A DNA stretch of 32,000 bases from an uncultured Chloroflexia bacterium (GCA_963718915.1 CAVRAI010000004.1:210001-242000); one strand, 5' to 3'; numbered from the stretch's first letter, positions 1 to 9,487 are shown. Numbers and translations: made by a program. Notes: generated by a model not told the origin, from the sequence alone.

Positions 1-788
1 GATAGCTCCGCACCGCAGATGACGAAGAGCGAGTATGCGTAGAAGAAGATGAGGACGACGAAGACGAATCCCGCCACTGTGCCGAAATGTTGCGGTTGCA
101 GCACCTCGCGGGTGTAGACCGGGAAGATGAGGATATAACCCTGCGCCAACACAGCGCCGAGCAGCGCGCCCAGCCACGTATGGCGCATCGAGACGCCGCC
201 AGGGGTGACGACACTGTAGAGTGTGAGCAAGAGCAGGAAGTTCAGCGCGAGGCTGGTAAACAGCGCAATGGCCGAAATCAGCGGTTCGTCTGCCAGACGC
301 GAATGTGGGATTGGCGTAAGGCCAATGCCGACATTGACGACCGGCGTAAAGGTTGCTGAGAGGATCATTGTGGGCAATGCCGCCGCGAAGAGCAGCAACA
401 TCAGGAGGGCGACGCGATTCTGGTCGAGAAAGCGGCGCTGCTGGCGGCGGAAGATGACACAGAGACAGGTCTCGATGACGACGAAGAAGCGGGTACCATA
501 CCAGAGTGTTATCGGCAGTCCGAGCAGGACGAGGATAAACGGCGCGTGTTCGATGGTATCGGCAAATGAGGAGACCGCCGCGGCTGTCACACGGTCTGGC
601 AGCAAACGCACGATGGCGGTTACGGCCTGCTGCTCGGTATGGTCACTGGTGATTCGCAGAAAGATGCTGATCAGCACCAGTTCGAGGCCGAGAACGGAGA
701 ATAGCCCCATGATGCAGGTGTATGCCAGCAACCGCGCCAGGTTCCAGCCCCAGTCCCGGTCGAATTTCTGCCAGATCGCTATGAGCAC
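1..788 (-). CDS. YihY/BrkB-family integral membrane protein; 3' end runs off the left edge of the window
   Basis: Absent from the ORF track because it has no stop inside the window. My minus-strand translation is open from 821 down to 1. It reads ...IWQKFDRDWGWNLARLLAYTCIMGLFSVLGLELVLISIF...WYGTRFFVVIETCLCVIFRRQQRRFLDQNRVALLMLLL...GTVAGFVFVVLIFFYAYSLFVICGAEL. This is the multi-TM YihY pattern (F-x-x-x-E-x-x-L-x-x-I-F/W...R-x-F, C-terminal GAEL). An in-frame TGA lies at 824-822. Candidate starts are GTG 788-786 and ATG 710-708, so the start is uncertain. Confidence 0.6.
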   Translation of the reverse strand, partial: MLIAIWQKFDRDWGWNLARLLAYTCIMGLFSVLGLELVLISIFLRITSDHTEQQAVTAIVRLLPDRVTAAAVSSFADTIEHAPFILVLLGLPITLWYGTRFFVVIETCLCVIFRRQQRRFLDQNRVALLMLLLFAAALPTMILSATFTPVVNVGIGLTPIPHSRLADEPLISAIALFTSLALNFLLLLTLYSVVTPGGVSMRHTWLGALLGAVLAQGYILIFPVYTREVLQPQHFGTVAGFVFVVLIFFYAYSLFVICGAEL

Positions 789-978
789 AGCGGTACCGAG
801 CCTTTCGCCGCTGAGATGCTCTCAATCGGGGCGAATCCGTCATGTGAGTACTCATCGCGTTTCCCAGAGCATATGCCTCAACGTATTTTCTGTCGAGAGT
901 TCGTCGCGTTTCTGTGAAAACTCTCAGAATGTCCCAAGGTACTGGGTAGCGAATGGGCGGTAAAATCGGAGCAAGCGC

Positions 979-2112
979 ATGAGGATAATTCCACTGCCAG
1001 CGGAGGCAGAGGCGCTCCTGCCGCAGTTAGGTGTGGAGACCGCTGATGTCACGCGCGTCGAGGCGATGGCGGGCGGCCTCTCCGGCGGGCGAATTTTCCG
1101 GCTCTGGCTGCGGCATCCTGATGGCGACCACGAGCAGACACGTGTGCTGAAATATGCCGAGCCGCTGGAAGGCTGGCTGGGTGACGTATCGGGCGATACG
1201 CTGATTCGTGAGGCGCAGCTTGCCGCCTCAGGGCTGTTGGCCGACCTGCCGCACACTATCGCCACGCCGACGCTCTCCGTCGCGTTTCGCGGGCCGCGGG
1301 AGCATCCTGAAGGCGCGGCGCTGCTGATGCGCGACGAACAGCGCAATCTGCTGCATGATCCCTATTGGACGCCACCGGGGAGGATTCCATCTGCTGCCGT
1401 GGCAATGGTTGACCGACTGGCGCGGATGCACGCGCGCTTCTGGAAAAATCCCCACCTGGATGATCCCGCGCTGGGGCTAATGTCGCCGGAGCAAGCGCTG
1501 CTGGTGACGGGGCCACTGGGTGTGGCGGCGCGGTTGGCCGCTGGCGATACGCTGCCTTACCTGTCGGTCTCCGCCGAGAGCTGGCAGCTATTCTTTGAAT
1601 TGGCGGGCGTGGCTGCAACCGAGCGCTTTCAGGCGATCATGAACGAGCCGGAGCGGATCACGCGCGCTATTAGCAGGCTGCCACGGACGCTGGTACACGG
1701 TGATGTTTGGGGACCAAATCTTGGCTGGCTTCCTGCGAACCATAGTGTTCGGAGAAGGCTTCTGCTACTCGATTGGGCGCTTGCGCTGGCTGGCCCCGCA
1801 ACCTACGATCCGCTCTGGCTGTGCAGCACATGGCTGACAGTTGACCCGACGCGCGTGCTAGCGGTCTATCGTTCCAGGCTGGTTCGCGCGCTACAGATGC
1901 ACGGACAATCGCTCGATGACGCGATCTGGCTGGCTCTCGCCGACGCGGGCTATCTGCGGACGGCGCTGACCTGTGGCGAGGCGATGGCGCGCACGGCGAT
2001 TGCGGCTCCCGCTGGCGTGGCGCGACACATGGCGCTGGCGCGGCTCCGCTGGTGGATTGCGCGTGCGCTCCGTGCGGCGGATCGGCTGGAAGGAAGAGAC
2101 GCGGGCGGTTAA
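979..2112 (+). CDS. Aminoglycoside/choline-kinase-like phosphotransferase (APH family)
   Basis: 377-aa ORF with GGAG upstream of the ATG. It has the catalytic-loop pattern LVHGDVWGPNLGW (H-x-D-x4-N) followed by LLLLDWALA (the D of DxG/DW). The N-terminus is a G-rich kinase lobe (AMAGGLSGGRIFRL). Confidence 0.7.
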   Translation: MRIIPLPAEAEALLPQLGVETADVTRVEAMAGGLSGGRIFRLWLRHPDGDHEQTRVLKYAEPLEGWLGDVSGDTLIREAQLAASGLLADLPHTIATPTLSVAFRGPREHPEGAALLMRDEQRNLLHDPYWTPPGRIPSAAVAMVDRLARMHARFWKNPHLDDPALGLMSPEQALLVTGPLGVAARLAAGDTLPYLSVSAESWQLFFELAGVAATERFQAIMNEPERITRAISRLPRTLVHGDVWGPNLGWLPANHSVRRRLLLLDWALALAGPATYDPLWLCSTWLTVDPTRVLAVYRSRLVRALQMHGQSLDDAIWLALADAGYLRTALTCGEAMARTAIAAPAGVARHMALARLRWWIARALRAADRLEGRDAGG

Positions 2113-2141
2113 AACCGCGCCTGAATGGCCTGCGGCCACAA

Positions 2142-2163
2142 AACCCGCCTGCGCGGGTTCTTA
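2142..2163 (+). terminator. Hairpin terminator candidate after the kinase gene
   Basis: AACCCGC-ctgc-GCGGGTT is a perfect 7-bp stem (2142-2159). It is preceded by AAA and followed by CTTACC, so the T-tract is weak. Confidence 0.45.
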
Positions 2164-2243
2164 CCAACCAGCGGCTTTCCTTCACGCCGCTAATGCGGTA
2201 GACTATGCCTGCAAGCCACGATGCATAGACGCTGGAGGGCGAT

Positions 2244-3809
2244 ATGGCAACGCCGCAGATTTTCGTCAGTCATAGCCACACAGATAACGAGTATTGCCGT
2301 GTTTTCGTGGCCGCGCTTCGAGAACTGCTGAGCGATAGTGGCACGGTCTGGTACGACGAGCATAACCTAGGCTGGGGCGCGTTAAGGCAGGCCATTGACC
2401 GCGAACTGCAACAACGCCAGCACTTCATCGCGATTCTCAGCCCGGCGGCTGTCACTTCGGAGTGGGTGAATACCGAGATCGATGCGGCACTCTCACTGCT
2501 GCGCAAGGGGAGCATGCGGACAATCCAGTTTGTCACAGCCGTTCCCTGTGATGTGCCTCCTACACTGGAGCGTTATAAACGCATCGAGCAGGCTGGTGGG
2601 TTGCCTTATTCTCCGGCAGAGGCCGCGATACGCGCGTATCGCGTCATCACTGAGATTGCATCGAAGCACGTGCTTCAGTCCATGCCACCTCGCGACGCAC
2701 CGCCGCTGCCCATCCTTCAGCAAACTTCCTCTGTCCTCACAAGTGCGGCTGGTCCCGCAATGCAACCTTCGGTGAATGCGCCGGTTCCCTTGCCATCCGC
2801 TCCTGCGGCCAGGACCGTCGCAATTTCCGATGTTCCTGTATATTCATCTGTTAAGAATCTGGCAAAAGGCTCGCTTCTTCGTATTGAGCTACTATTTAGC
2901 GCTATTATGGCGGCCATCATGCTCATCATTGCTAGTGTCTTTGTTTGGTATGGCCAAATACCTGGAGCAGTTCCGCTGGGGGTGTATGAAGCCATGTACG
3001 GCTGGCTACCTAATGGTGACGAAACTGGCGGCCCTCTCTTTAACCCCTTCAGTGCTCTTGGAGCATTTATTGTCCTGGCAGCACTCTCGTTCGTCGTCGG
3101 ACGCACCGTCACAAAGCGATCTGGGAACGTCAGCGCAGGCCAGCAGGCAGGGTTTTACTTCGGCCTTATCAGCGGAGTCTTGTATACACTTATAGACCGC
3201 TTGGTACGTGCGATCACCGTCTTGTTCTACTCCAACAGTTGGAGTGATGCTACCATAGTTAATCAAAACGATCTTGTCGGAATCTTACTTCTGGCCATCC
3301 TGCTTGGCAGCATTACCGGGCTGGGCGTTGGCACATGGGGTAGCAAAGCCGTTCCGTTGTCTGGGCGATTAGGGTCTTATTCGAAGCAGTCTCCAGATAT
3401 CATATACCCGTTGCGGATCGGACTTGTTGTCAGTGGTATCTTGAATTTTATCTTTACCGTACTGAGTCTCTCGTTTTATTTTCCCTTCCCCATGATCGTT
3501 ATATTGTCTCTGTTAGGCTCCGGCTTCGCTGGATTTTATGCATACAGACGCCCTGGTGGAACCCGTGATGGCCGCCTTGCTGGTATGTGGACAGGAGCAT
3601 ACGTCGCATCGTGGCTTACCCTCTCAAGCTCTCGGGTGATCTTTGGCTATGGCGTCAGATACTCTGCATTTCCCGGCGTTTCACCAATTGTTAAATTGTG
3701 CATACTGGCGGTCCTCTTCTGTGTACTTGGGCTTGGCGCGGGCGCCCTTGGTAATCTGGCGAGGCGATGGTATATGGGCCAGCAAAGCACGAATGTTCCA
3801 TTCCAGTGA
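2244..3809 (+). CDS. TIR-domain protein fused to an eight-helix transmembrane module
   Basis: GGAGGG RBS 5 nt upstream of the ATG. The N-terminus reads IFVSHSHTDNEY..VWYDEHNLGWGALRQAI..HFIAILSPAAVTSEWVNTEIDAAL, which fits the TIR_2 pattern with Glu78 (2475-2477) in the W-x-x-x-E position. A Pro/Ala-rich linker follows. After it come about 8 hydrophobic 20-25-aa segments, for example LLFSAIMAAIMLIIASVFVWY and VKLCILAVLFCVLGLGAGALG. Confidence 0.75.
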   Translation: MATPQIFVSHSHTDNEYCRVFVAALRELLSDSGTVWYDEHNLGWGALRQAIDRELQQRQHFIAILSPAAVTSEWVNTEIDAALSLLRKGSMRTIQFVTAVPCDVPPTLERYKRIEQAGGLPYSPAEAAIRAYRVITEIASKHVLQSMPPRDAPPLPILQQTSSVLTSAAGPAMQPSVNAPVPLPSAPAARTVAISDVPVYSSVKNLAKGSLLRIELLFSAIMAAIMLIIASVFVWYGQIPGAVPLGVYEAMYGWLPNGDETGGPLFNPFSALGAFIVLAALSFVVGRTVTKRSGNVSAGQQAGFYFGLISGVLYTLIDRLVRAITVLFYSNSWSDATIVNQNDLVGILLLAILLGSITGLGVGTWGSKAVPLSGRLGSYSKQSPDIIYPLRIGLVVSGILNFIFTVLSLSFYFPFPMIVILSLLGSGFAGFYAYRRPGGTRDGRLAGMWTGAYVASWLTLSSSRVIFGYGVRYSAFPGVSPIVKLCILAVLFCVLGLGAGALGNLARRWYMGQQSTNVPFQ

Positions 3810-3885
3810 GCGAGTGAAGAACGCTATGCCACAAGAGTTCAAGAAGTTCAAATCGCGAACCATGAGCAGTAGAGTCCCCTGGCAT

Positions 3886-3915
3886 GGGAATGGATGGCGC
3901 GGTCCATTCATTCCC
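3886..3915. terminator. Hairpin between convergent genes (bidirectional terminator candidate)
   Basis: GGGAATGGATGG-cgcggt-CCATTCATTCCC forms a 12-bp stem with one G.U pair. It lies between the TIR gene stop (3809) and the DUF899 stop (3958). There is no clear U-tract. Confidence 0.4.
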
Positions 3916-3957
3916 TGAGTAAAACCAGTGGTTTCTGTCCGATCCGCTGTAAGCAGG

Positions 3958-4586
3958 CTACTCCTGGGTGGGTGTATTGTAACGCGCTTCCCAGTCTTCC
4001 TGTCGTCCAAGAGGGGTCAGGTCGAGGAAGTTGTAATTTCCGAGGAGGATATCAACACCGCGTCCTGTCGTCGAGTATGAATGCAGGATCTGCTCGCCGT
4101 CGCGCAGGAACACACTCAGCCCAGGTTTCTCGCCGTTCTCGTCGGTGGCGTCGAAGTCATAGTTGAAGTCGCTGCCGTTCGAGGAGAACCACGGCACAGT
4201 CCAGTTCATACGGGCCTTGTATTCCTCAAGCTTCGCCAATGGCGCGCGCGAGACGAGAACCAGTGTGGTGTTGCTGTATGCAGACCGGACAGGCGGCTGG
4301 GAATGTTGTTCGTAAAGTTGGTGCAGCCCTCGCAGCCGTTCTCCCAACTCGGATCAAACATGAAATGGTAGACGATCAACTGACGACGGCCGTCAAAGAG
4401 ATCGAGTAAGCTCGCCTTGCCGTCTGGGCCCTCGAAAATGTACTTCTTGTCCATCCTGACCATCGGCAATCTGCGGCGTTCAGCGTTGAGCCTGTCTCGC
4501 GCATGGGTAGCTTCCTTTTCTTTGAGAAGGAGTTCGTTGCGCGCGACAAGCCACTCGTCTCGTGAGACGATCCGTAGATGGTCCAT
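3958..4586 (-). pseudogene. DUF899 thioredoxin-like protein, interrupted by a frameshift near 4270-4285
   Basis: The gene is split across two track ORFs in different frames. ORF 4206..4682 carries the N-terminal part: [12 protein letters not shown]...[37 protein letters not shown] 3958..4347 carries the C-terminal part: [42 protein letters not shown]. Together they give the canonical DUF899 order (YHFMF...GC..C...HL...TLV.VSRAP...W.FPW.SS). The true start is ATG 4586-4584 with an AAAGGAGAA RBS. Confidence 0.65.
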
Positions 4587-4823
4587 CCTAATTCTCCTTT
4601 GGATTGATGAAACGGATAACTCTGATTCGCCATGCAGTCGCCTGGAGCGTTTGTGCAATGGGCACGTAACACAGCGTACCAACAGCGCTCAGAGGCTGGC
4701 TTCTTCTATCTTGCTGTTTTCGTCATCCGGGGCTTCCGCAGAGCAGCATGAACCAGAGGGTATGGCTGAGATTCGTCGAGGCATTCAAGTTCTGGCATGG
4801 ATTCCCAGGTAAACAGAGTTCCT

Positions 4824-6017
4824 TCAGCCCAACATTGCCAGCGCGTGGCGAATCTCCTGCTGAACCGTCGCGTCTGTTTCGTCGTCTAGCGCCTGTTCCA
4901 GGGCGGCGCGCGCATCTGGTCCGCCGATGCAACCGAGCGCCCAGGCGGCGTGGCCGCGCACCAGCGGCTCCGTGTCGTGTAGGGCATCGCTAAGCGCTGG
5001 GATGGCGACCGGATCGCCGATGTTGCCGAGCGCCACGCAGACGTTGCGTAGCAGCCCGCGCCGCTTCGCTCGCTTCACCGGACTGTGCCGGAAGCGCTCG
5101 CGGAAGCCCTCGTCGTCCAGCCTGAGCAGCGGAATCAGCGCCGGACTAGAGCCAGTGATGGGCCGTGGCTGGAACATCGGGCGCTCTTCAGGCACGCCAA
5201 ATTGTCCGCGCTGGCGCAGTCGCTTCTCCGCCACCAGATTCACCGGACAGACCTGCTGGCAGATGTCGCAGCCGAAGATGTGCGTGCCGATGAGCGGGCG
5301 TAGCTCCATCGGGATGCTGCCACGTAGCTCGATGGTGAGATACGAGATGCAGCGGCGATTGTCCAGCACGTACGGCGCGACGAAGGCATTGGTTGGGCAG
5401 GCGTGCAGGCAGACCTCGCACTGGCCGCAGTTGGCTGCTAGCGGCTCATCTGGCGCGAGTTGCAGGCTGGTGACGACCTCCGCCAGAAAGAGCCACGACC
5501 CCCAGCCTTTCGTCAGGATGTTGGTGTTCTTGCCATACCAGCCCAGCCCCGAGCGCTGCGCGATGGCGCGATCCACCATCCGCCCGGTATCCACGAAGAC
5601 GATGGTCTTCTCGTGTTCTGGCGGCGCAAGTTCACGGATAAAAGCGGACAGCGTATCCAGCCGCGCGCGGATAGCCTCGTGGTAATCGTCACCCCAGGCG
5701 TAACAGGAGAGTCGTCCATGCGGATCGCTAGGCGTTGTCTCGTCGCGTGGCGCGTCGGTCAGGTAGAATGTTCCCAGTGCGATCACCGATTGCGCCGTGG
5801 GCAGCAGCGCGCGCGGATTGGCAGCGACCTCGGCGCGTTCGGAGGTGAACCAGTCGAGGCCGCCCATCAGCCCCTGGCCGATACGCTCTTTCAGCGCCGT
5901 CTCGGCGTCGGGCATCGGGTCGGCGGTGGTAAAGCGCACCAGATCGAAGCCCAGCGAGAGCGCATAGTCGCGGATACGTTCGGTCAATTCGCTCACTGCG
6001 GCGGCGGGATGAGCCAT
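4824..6017 (-). CDS. queG: Epoxyqueuosine reductase QueG
   Basis: Two 4Fe-4S ferredoxin motifs are present (CGQCEVCLHACPTNAF and CISYLTIE...IFGCDICQQVCP). The C-terminus has HEAT-like repeats (ALGNIGDPVAIPAL...HAAWALGCIGG). The start is placed at ATG 6017 (MAHPAAAV...) because GGAG lies 8 nt upstream. The track ORF extends to 6098. Confidence 0.85.
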   Translation of the reverse strand: MAHPAAAVSELTERIRDYALSLGFDLVRFTTADPMPDAETALKERIGQGLMGGLDWFTSERAEVAANPRALLPTAQSVIALGTFYLTDAPRDETTPSDPHGRLSCYAWGDDYHEAIRARLDTLSAFIRELAPPEHEKTIVFVDTGRMVDRAIAQRSGLGWYGKNTNILTKGWGSWLFLAEVVTSLQLAPDEPLAANCGQCEVCLHACPTNAFVAPYVLDNRRCISYLTIELRGSIPMELRPLIGTHIFGCDICQQVCPVNLVAEKRLRQRGQFGVPEERPMFQPRPITGSSPALIPLLRLDDEGFRERFRHSPVKRAKRRGLLRNVCVALGNIGDPVAIPALSDALHDTEPLVRGHAAWALGCIGGPDARAALEQALDDETDATVQQEIRHALAMLG

Positions 6018-6179
6018 ACAAGTGTCTCCATGTAAGGACAATTCCAGACAGTGCAGTATATGCCAAATGGGTAACGGCGTTGCATTGTCGCGGCTCACTC
6101 ACTATACTGGCGGGCACGAGGACAGGATGATGGCGGCCAGGATGATATCAGAGTCGAATCGCCTGGGAGGGGAATGCAC

Positions 6180-6791
6180 ATGAGCGATGCCAAGAGCCGA
6201 CCAGACTTGAGCGGCATCCTGGAGCAGCGCCGACGCGAACTCAGCGACCGCCCTGATGTCAGCGCGCGCATGCGCAAGCTCTCCGCCTCGAATTCGCGGA
6301 ATCCCGTCCCTATTGCGCCGCGCAAGCGCCCCACGCTGTTGCGGCTGATTCTGGCAGGGGCAGCGGTCGTATTGCTGTTGGCGTGCGGCATCTCCGCAGC
6401 GGTCGCGGTCGCCAGCGGCGTCTGGTTCCACAATCAACTGAGTGATCCCAGTCAGACGGCGCTCGACTTCTACAGCGCGCTGCACCAGCAGGACTATGCG
6501 CGCGCCTACGGCTTCTTCTCCAGCGACGCAAAGGCGCACCTCTCGCAGAGCGCGTTCGCGGCGCAATTCAGCGCCTATGATTCGGTAAGTGGTATCGTGG
6601 AGTCGTACACCACCGAAGGCAGCGCCAACGTTCAGGGGTCGAATGCCGTGGTGACGGTGGATGTGGTGCGCCGGGGAAACACCTCACAGGCGCAGGTGCA
6701 GACGATTCATCTGGTCAATCAAAACGGAAGCTGGACGATTGACCGGATCGAGCTTGGGAAGACGATACCTGCCCCAAATTCCTCACAATAG
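6180..6791 (+). CDS. Single-pass membrane protein with NTF2-like/DUF4878-like ectodomain
   Basis: The RBS GGGAGGGG (6165-6172) favours ATG 6180 over ATG 6174. The TM segment is LLRLILAGAAVVLLLACGISAAVAVA. The ectodomain begins ALDFYSALHQQDYARAYGFFSSDAK..., which is typical of DUF4878/SnoaL-like lipoprotein domains. Confidence 0.5.
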   Translation: MSDAKSRPDLSGILEQRRRELSDRPDVSARMRKLSASNSRNPVPIAPRKRPTLLRLILAGAAVVLLLACGISAAVAVASGVWFHNQLSDPSQTALDFYSALHQQDYARAYGFFSSDAKAHLSQSAFAAQFSAYDSVSGIVESYTTEGSANVQGSNAVVTVDVVRRGNTSQAQVQTIHLVNQNGSWTIDRIELGKTIPAPNSSQ

Positions 6792-6837
6792 CCCGGCGCG
6801 GCAGTAACCGAGGCACGGTGCAGCGGGAGGCTAGCAC

Positions 6838-7356
6838 ATGACGGATCGCATTCTTATCGTCTCTGGAGATATTACCCTCCTCGATGTCGATGCCATCGTC
6901 AACGCGGCCAATAGCTCGCTGCTTGGCGGCGGTGGCGTCGATGGCGCTATTCACCGCGCGGCTGGCCCGCAACTGGCGGAGGAATGCAGAACACTTGGCG
7001 GCTGTCATACAGGCGAGGCCAAGATCACGCGCGGTTACCGGCTGCCCGCGCGCCACGTGATTCACACGGTTGGCCCGGTCTGGCGTGGCGGCGACGATGA
7101 TGAAGATGAGTTGCTGGCGAACTGCTACCGCAACAGTCTGGCGCTGGCGCGACAGCATAGCCTCCACACGATCGCGTTTCCCGCGATCAGCACGGGCGCC
7201 TTCGGTTTCCCTGGCAAGCGCGCCGCCCGTATCGCCGTCGCCGAAGTGATAAACGCTCTGGCAAACGCCGAACGGCCTGAGCAGGTGATATTCGTCTGCC
7301 ACGACCCTGAGACACGCGACTATTATGAGACAGTCCTCCTCGACCTCATTCCTTGA
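6838..7356 (+). CDS. ymdB: Macrodomain protein, O-acetyl-ADP-ribose deacetylase (YmdB type)
   Basis: The sequence is near-colinear with E. coli YmdB motifs as recalled from memory. Matching stretches are [55 protein letters not shown] and [23 protein letters not shown] is present. Confidence 0.85.
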   Translation: MTDRILIVSGDITLLDVDAIVNAANSSLLGGGGVDGAIHRAAGPQLAEECRTLGGCHTGEAKITRGYRLPARHVIHTVGPVWRGGDDDEDELLANCYRNSLALARQHSLHTIAFPAISTGAFGFPGKRAARIAVAEVINALANAERPEQVIFVCHDPETRDYYETVLLDLIP

Positions 7357-7423
7357 CTGTCGCCCCAAAGGATGAGGAAAACCATACGCAATTCCAGTTG
7401 ATCTCCCAATTTTGGGAACGAGA

Positions 7424-9072
7424 TCAGTTGGTGAATGTGAACGATTTGAGCATTGGCTCGAAGATACCCGTATCGTCCTGCGTGAACGACGTCGTGCGGC
7501 TCACCAGCACAATCACATAGGCGCGCCCCTGATGATGGCAGGCCAGAATGACCATGTGCAGCGTCACACCTTTATCGCTCACGTCATACTCGCGCCGCTG
7601 CCACTGCTCGCCGCCGATGGTCTGGGTTTTTGCCGCTAAGGTGCTTTCCGAGAAGGTGATGTTCTGCTGTTGCGCGGCGGCTACCTCGCCCTGAATGATA
7701 TTGACATCGCTGAGCGCGCACGCCGCCTGAGCCTGTTCGATGCTCACCAGCGATGACGAGTTCGGCAGTGTGTAGACATCGATATAGTCGTAGCCGCTGG
7801 CCGCTTTCTGCTCTGGCTCGACGGTCCACGTTTCGGGATAGTTCACGCCGTAGCGCGAACGTGAGCTGGCAAACTGCTTGAGATGCGCCCCAGGTGTCGT
7901 CGGCGTGCCGTTTGTCGCCGGGCCGGACGCTGTACAGAGCGCCGATGACGTGGTCGCCCCTGATGGATTGAGTTTATTCAGCACTCGTGGCGCGAGCACG
8001 ATGGCTCCCGCGACCACCGCTGTAACGAGTACCAGCAGCACCACAACGGTTGTCACGATGCGGCGCGAGGATGACTTGCCTTTGGCGGACTCTTCCGGTG
8101 AGCGAAAACCAGGAATCCTGACACTGCTGAGTGTCTCTCCCCAGCGCTGCTGAAGCGACCTCGCGCGTGAGCCGACCTGCTGATACCACGATGAGTCGTC
8201 ATCCGTCGTCATCTGTCGGCCATAGTCCTGGCGTGACCCGCGCTGGCGCTGCGCGTCATACTCATCGCTATACCCACTACCCCCGTAGGTTCCGCTGCCG
8301 TAGCCATCGTCATAGGGCTGGTCGCGCGAGGTAGACGGGCGGTTGTAACGATTATCGGCGGAAGAGGGTTGCGAGCGGCGGGGCGCCCCGGCTCTTCATA
8401 CCCTTCGTACCCGTCTGGCGGATAACCCTGGCCCTGACGCTGACCCTGACCATAATAGGCGCTCTCGTCGCGGCGACCGCGCGACGGGTCGGTTGGAGGG
8501 CGGCGAGACCGGCCATCTCCCATATCAGGCGGCGGCATCTGCTGCTGTCGGTCATCCCTTGACGGATATCTGCTGCGGGAGTCTGGCCCGCGCTGTGGGC
8601 CGGGGCGCAGATTGCGGGGCGCGCGCGGATCGTTGAACGGATCATCCAGCGGATTGGGCTGCTGCGCGCCATACTCGCTGCTGGCATAGTCATCGTCGTA
8701 GCCATCCGGCTCCTGGCGCCCGCGCGATCTGCTGCGCTGATCTCGGCGCAGGTCTGTGCGCGATTCATCCCAGGTGTCGTCCGCACGACCGCGAGAGTTT
8801 CGTCGCTCGCCACGCTGGTCTTCCGAACCATAGGCGGGGCCATAGCGAGATGCGTCATCGGGTGCGTAGCCAGGGTCATAGCCACTGTCGTCGCGCTCAT
8901 CGTAATCCCAGCCATCGTCGTGCGACCCCTGCGGCGCATTGCGCGATGAAGGGTAACGCTGTTGAGAAGAACGGGGAGACCGACCTGCTGGTGGCGTAGT
9001 CAGCCGGGCGCCACAGTGGCTACAGGTGCGTTCCCCCGGCCTGACTTCCGTGCCACACTGCCAGCACTGCAT
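7424..9072 (-). pseudogene. Zinc-ribbon / disordered-region / TM / PsbP-DcrB-like ectodomain protein, apparently one gene broken by a frameshift at about 8377-8392
   Basis: ORF 8209..9072 starts MQCWQCGTEVRPGERTCSHCGARL (a CxxC..CxxC ribbon), followed by a D/R/G/Y/S/Q-rich tract. After about 8390 that composition continues only in the frame of ORF 7424..8212: ...RRSQPSSADNRYNRPSTSRDQPYDDGYGSGTYGGSGYSDEYDAQRQRGSRQDYGRQMTTDDD.... The annotated frame meanwhile turns into unrelated sequence (PLPPIIVTTARLPRATSPMTMATAAE). The downstream part has a TM segment (IVTTVVVLLVLVTAVVAGAIVLA) and a YGVNYPETWTV... PsbP/DUF1795-like domain. If the sequence is taken literally, these are two ORFs sharing an ATGA overlap at 8209-8212. 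Confidence 0.55.
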
Positions 9073-9458
9073 ACCTCATCCCCTCCGCAAGCTTTATGTA
9101 CAATGCGATCCATGCCGAATAATCCACTGGCGGCAGTATGTCACGCGCCGTGTCCCGTCGTGACAGCGCCTCAGTATAGCATACCAATCTCGCTGCCTAA
9201 GCGCCCGCCAGCCAGGTGGGTACAGCGCTGCGCCACGAGATGTATCACGAGCGTGTCGCCTGATTGCTCGTTTGGCATGATGCCGTCTGCAAAGCTATGA
9301 CGTGCCAACCCATCAAAGATATCTTCAACTGGCCAGAGTGTATAGGACGAAATTCACATTTGTCTCCCATCTTCGGTGAAAACACCTGTGCTATCTCGTC
9401 ACTCAGATTGTGTCAGGGTGTGTCAGGCGTGGCCAAGGATGCGGTGAGTCCGGGCGCG

Positions 9459-9487
9459 TTGTTTGCCCGGATGGGCTATGGTATAAT
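9459..9487 (+). promoter_or_regulatory. Sigma-70-type promoter candidate for the nuo cluster
   Basis: TTGTTT (9459-9464), a 17-nt spacer, then TGgTATAAT, an extended -10 with TATAAT at 9482-9487. It lies about 150 nt upstream of nuoA. Confidence 0.4.

Noticed and set aside
223-963. 246-aa plus-strand ORF (and 643..855, 924..1346 on the minus strand) at the left end
   Set aside because: The translation is Arg/Ser/Cys-rich with no domain pattern. It lies antisense to a clean YihY-family reading frame that is open to the window edge. This is a typical high-GC shadow ORF.
2244-7356. Possible functional link between the TIR protein (NAD+ cleavage) and the YmdB-type macrodomain (ADP-ribose derivative hydrolysis) as one system
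   Set aside because: They are 3 kb apart. Unrelated genes on the opposite strand (DUF899, queG) and a separate anchor-protein gene lie between them. There is no operon structure. YmdB-type macrodomains are common housekeeping genes.
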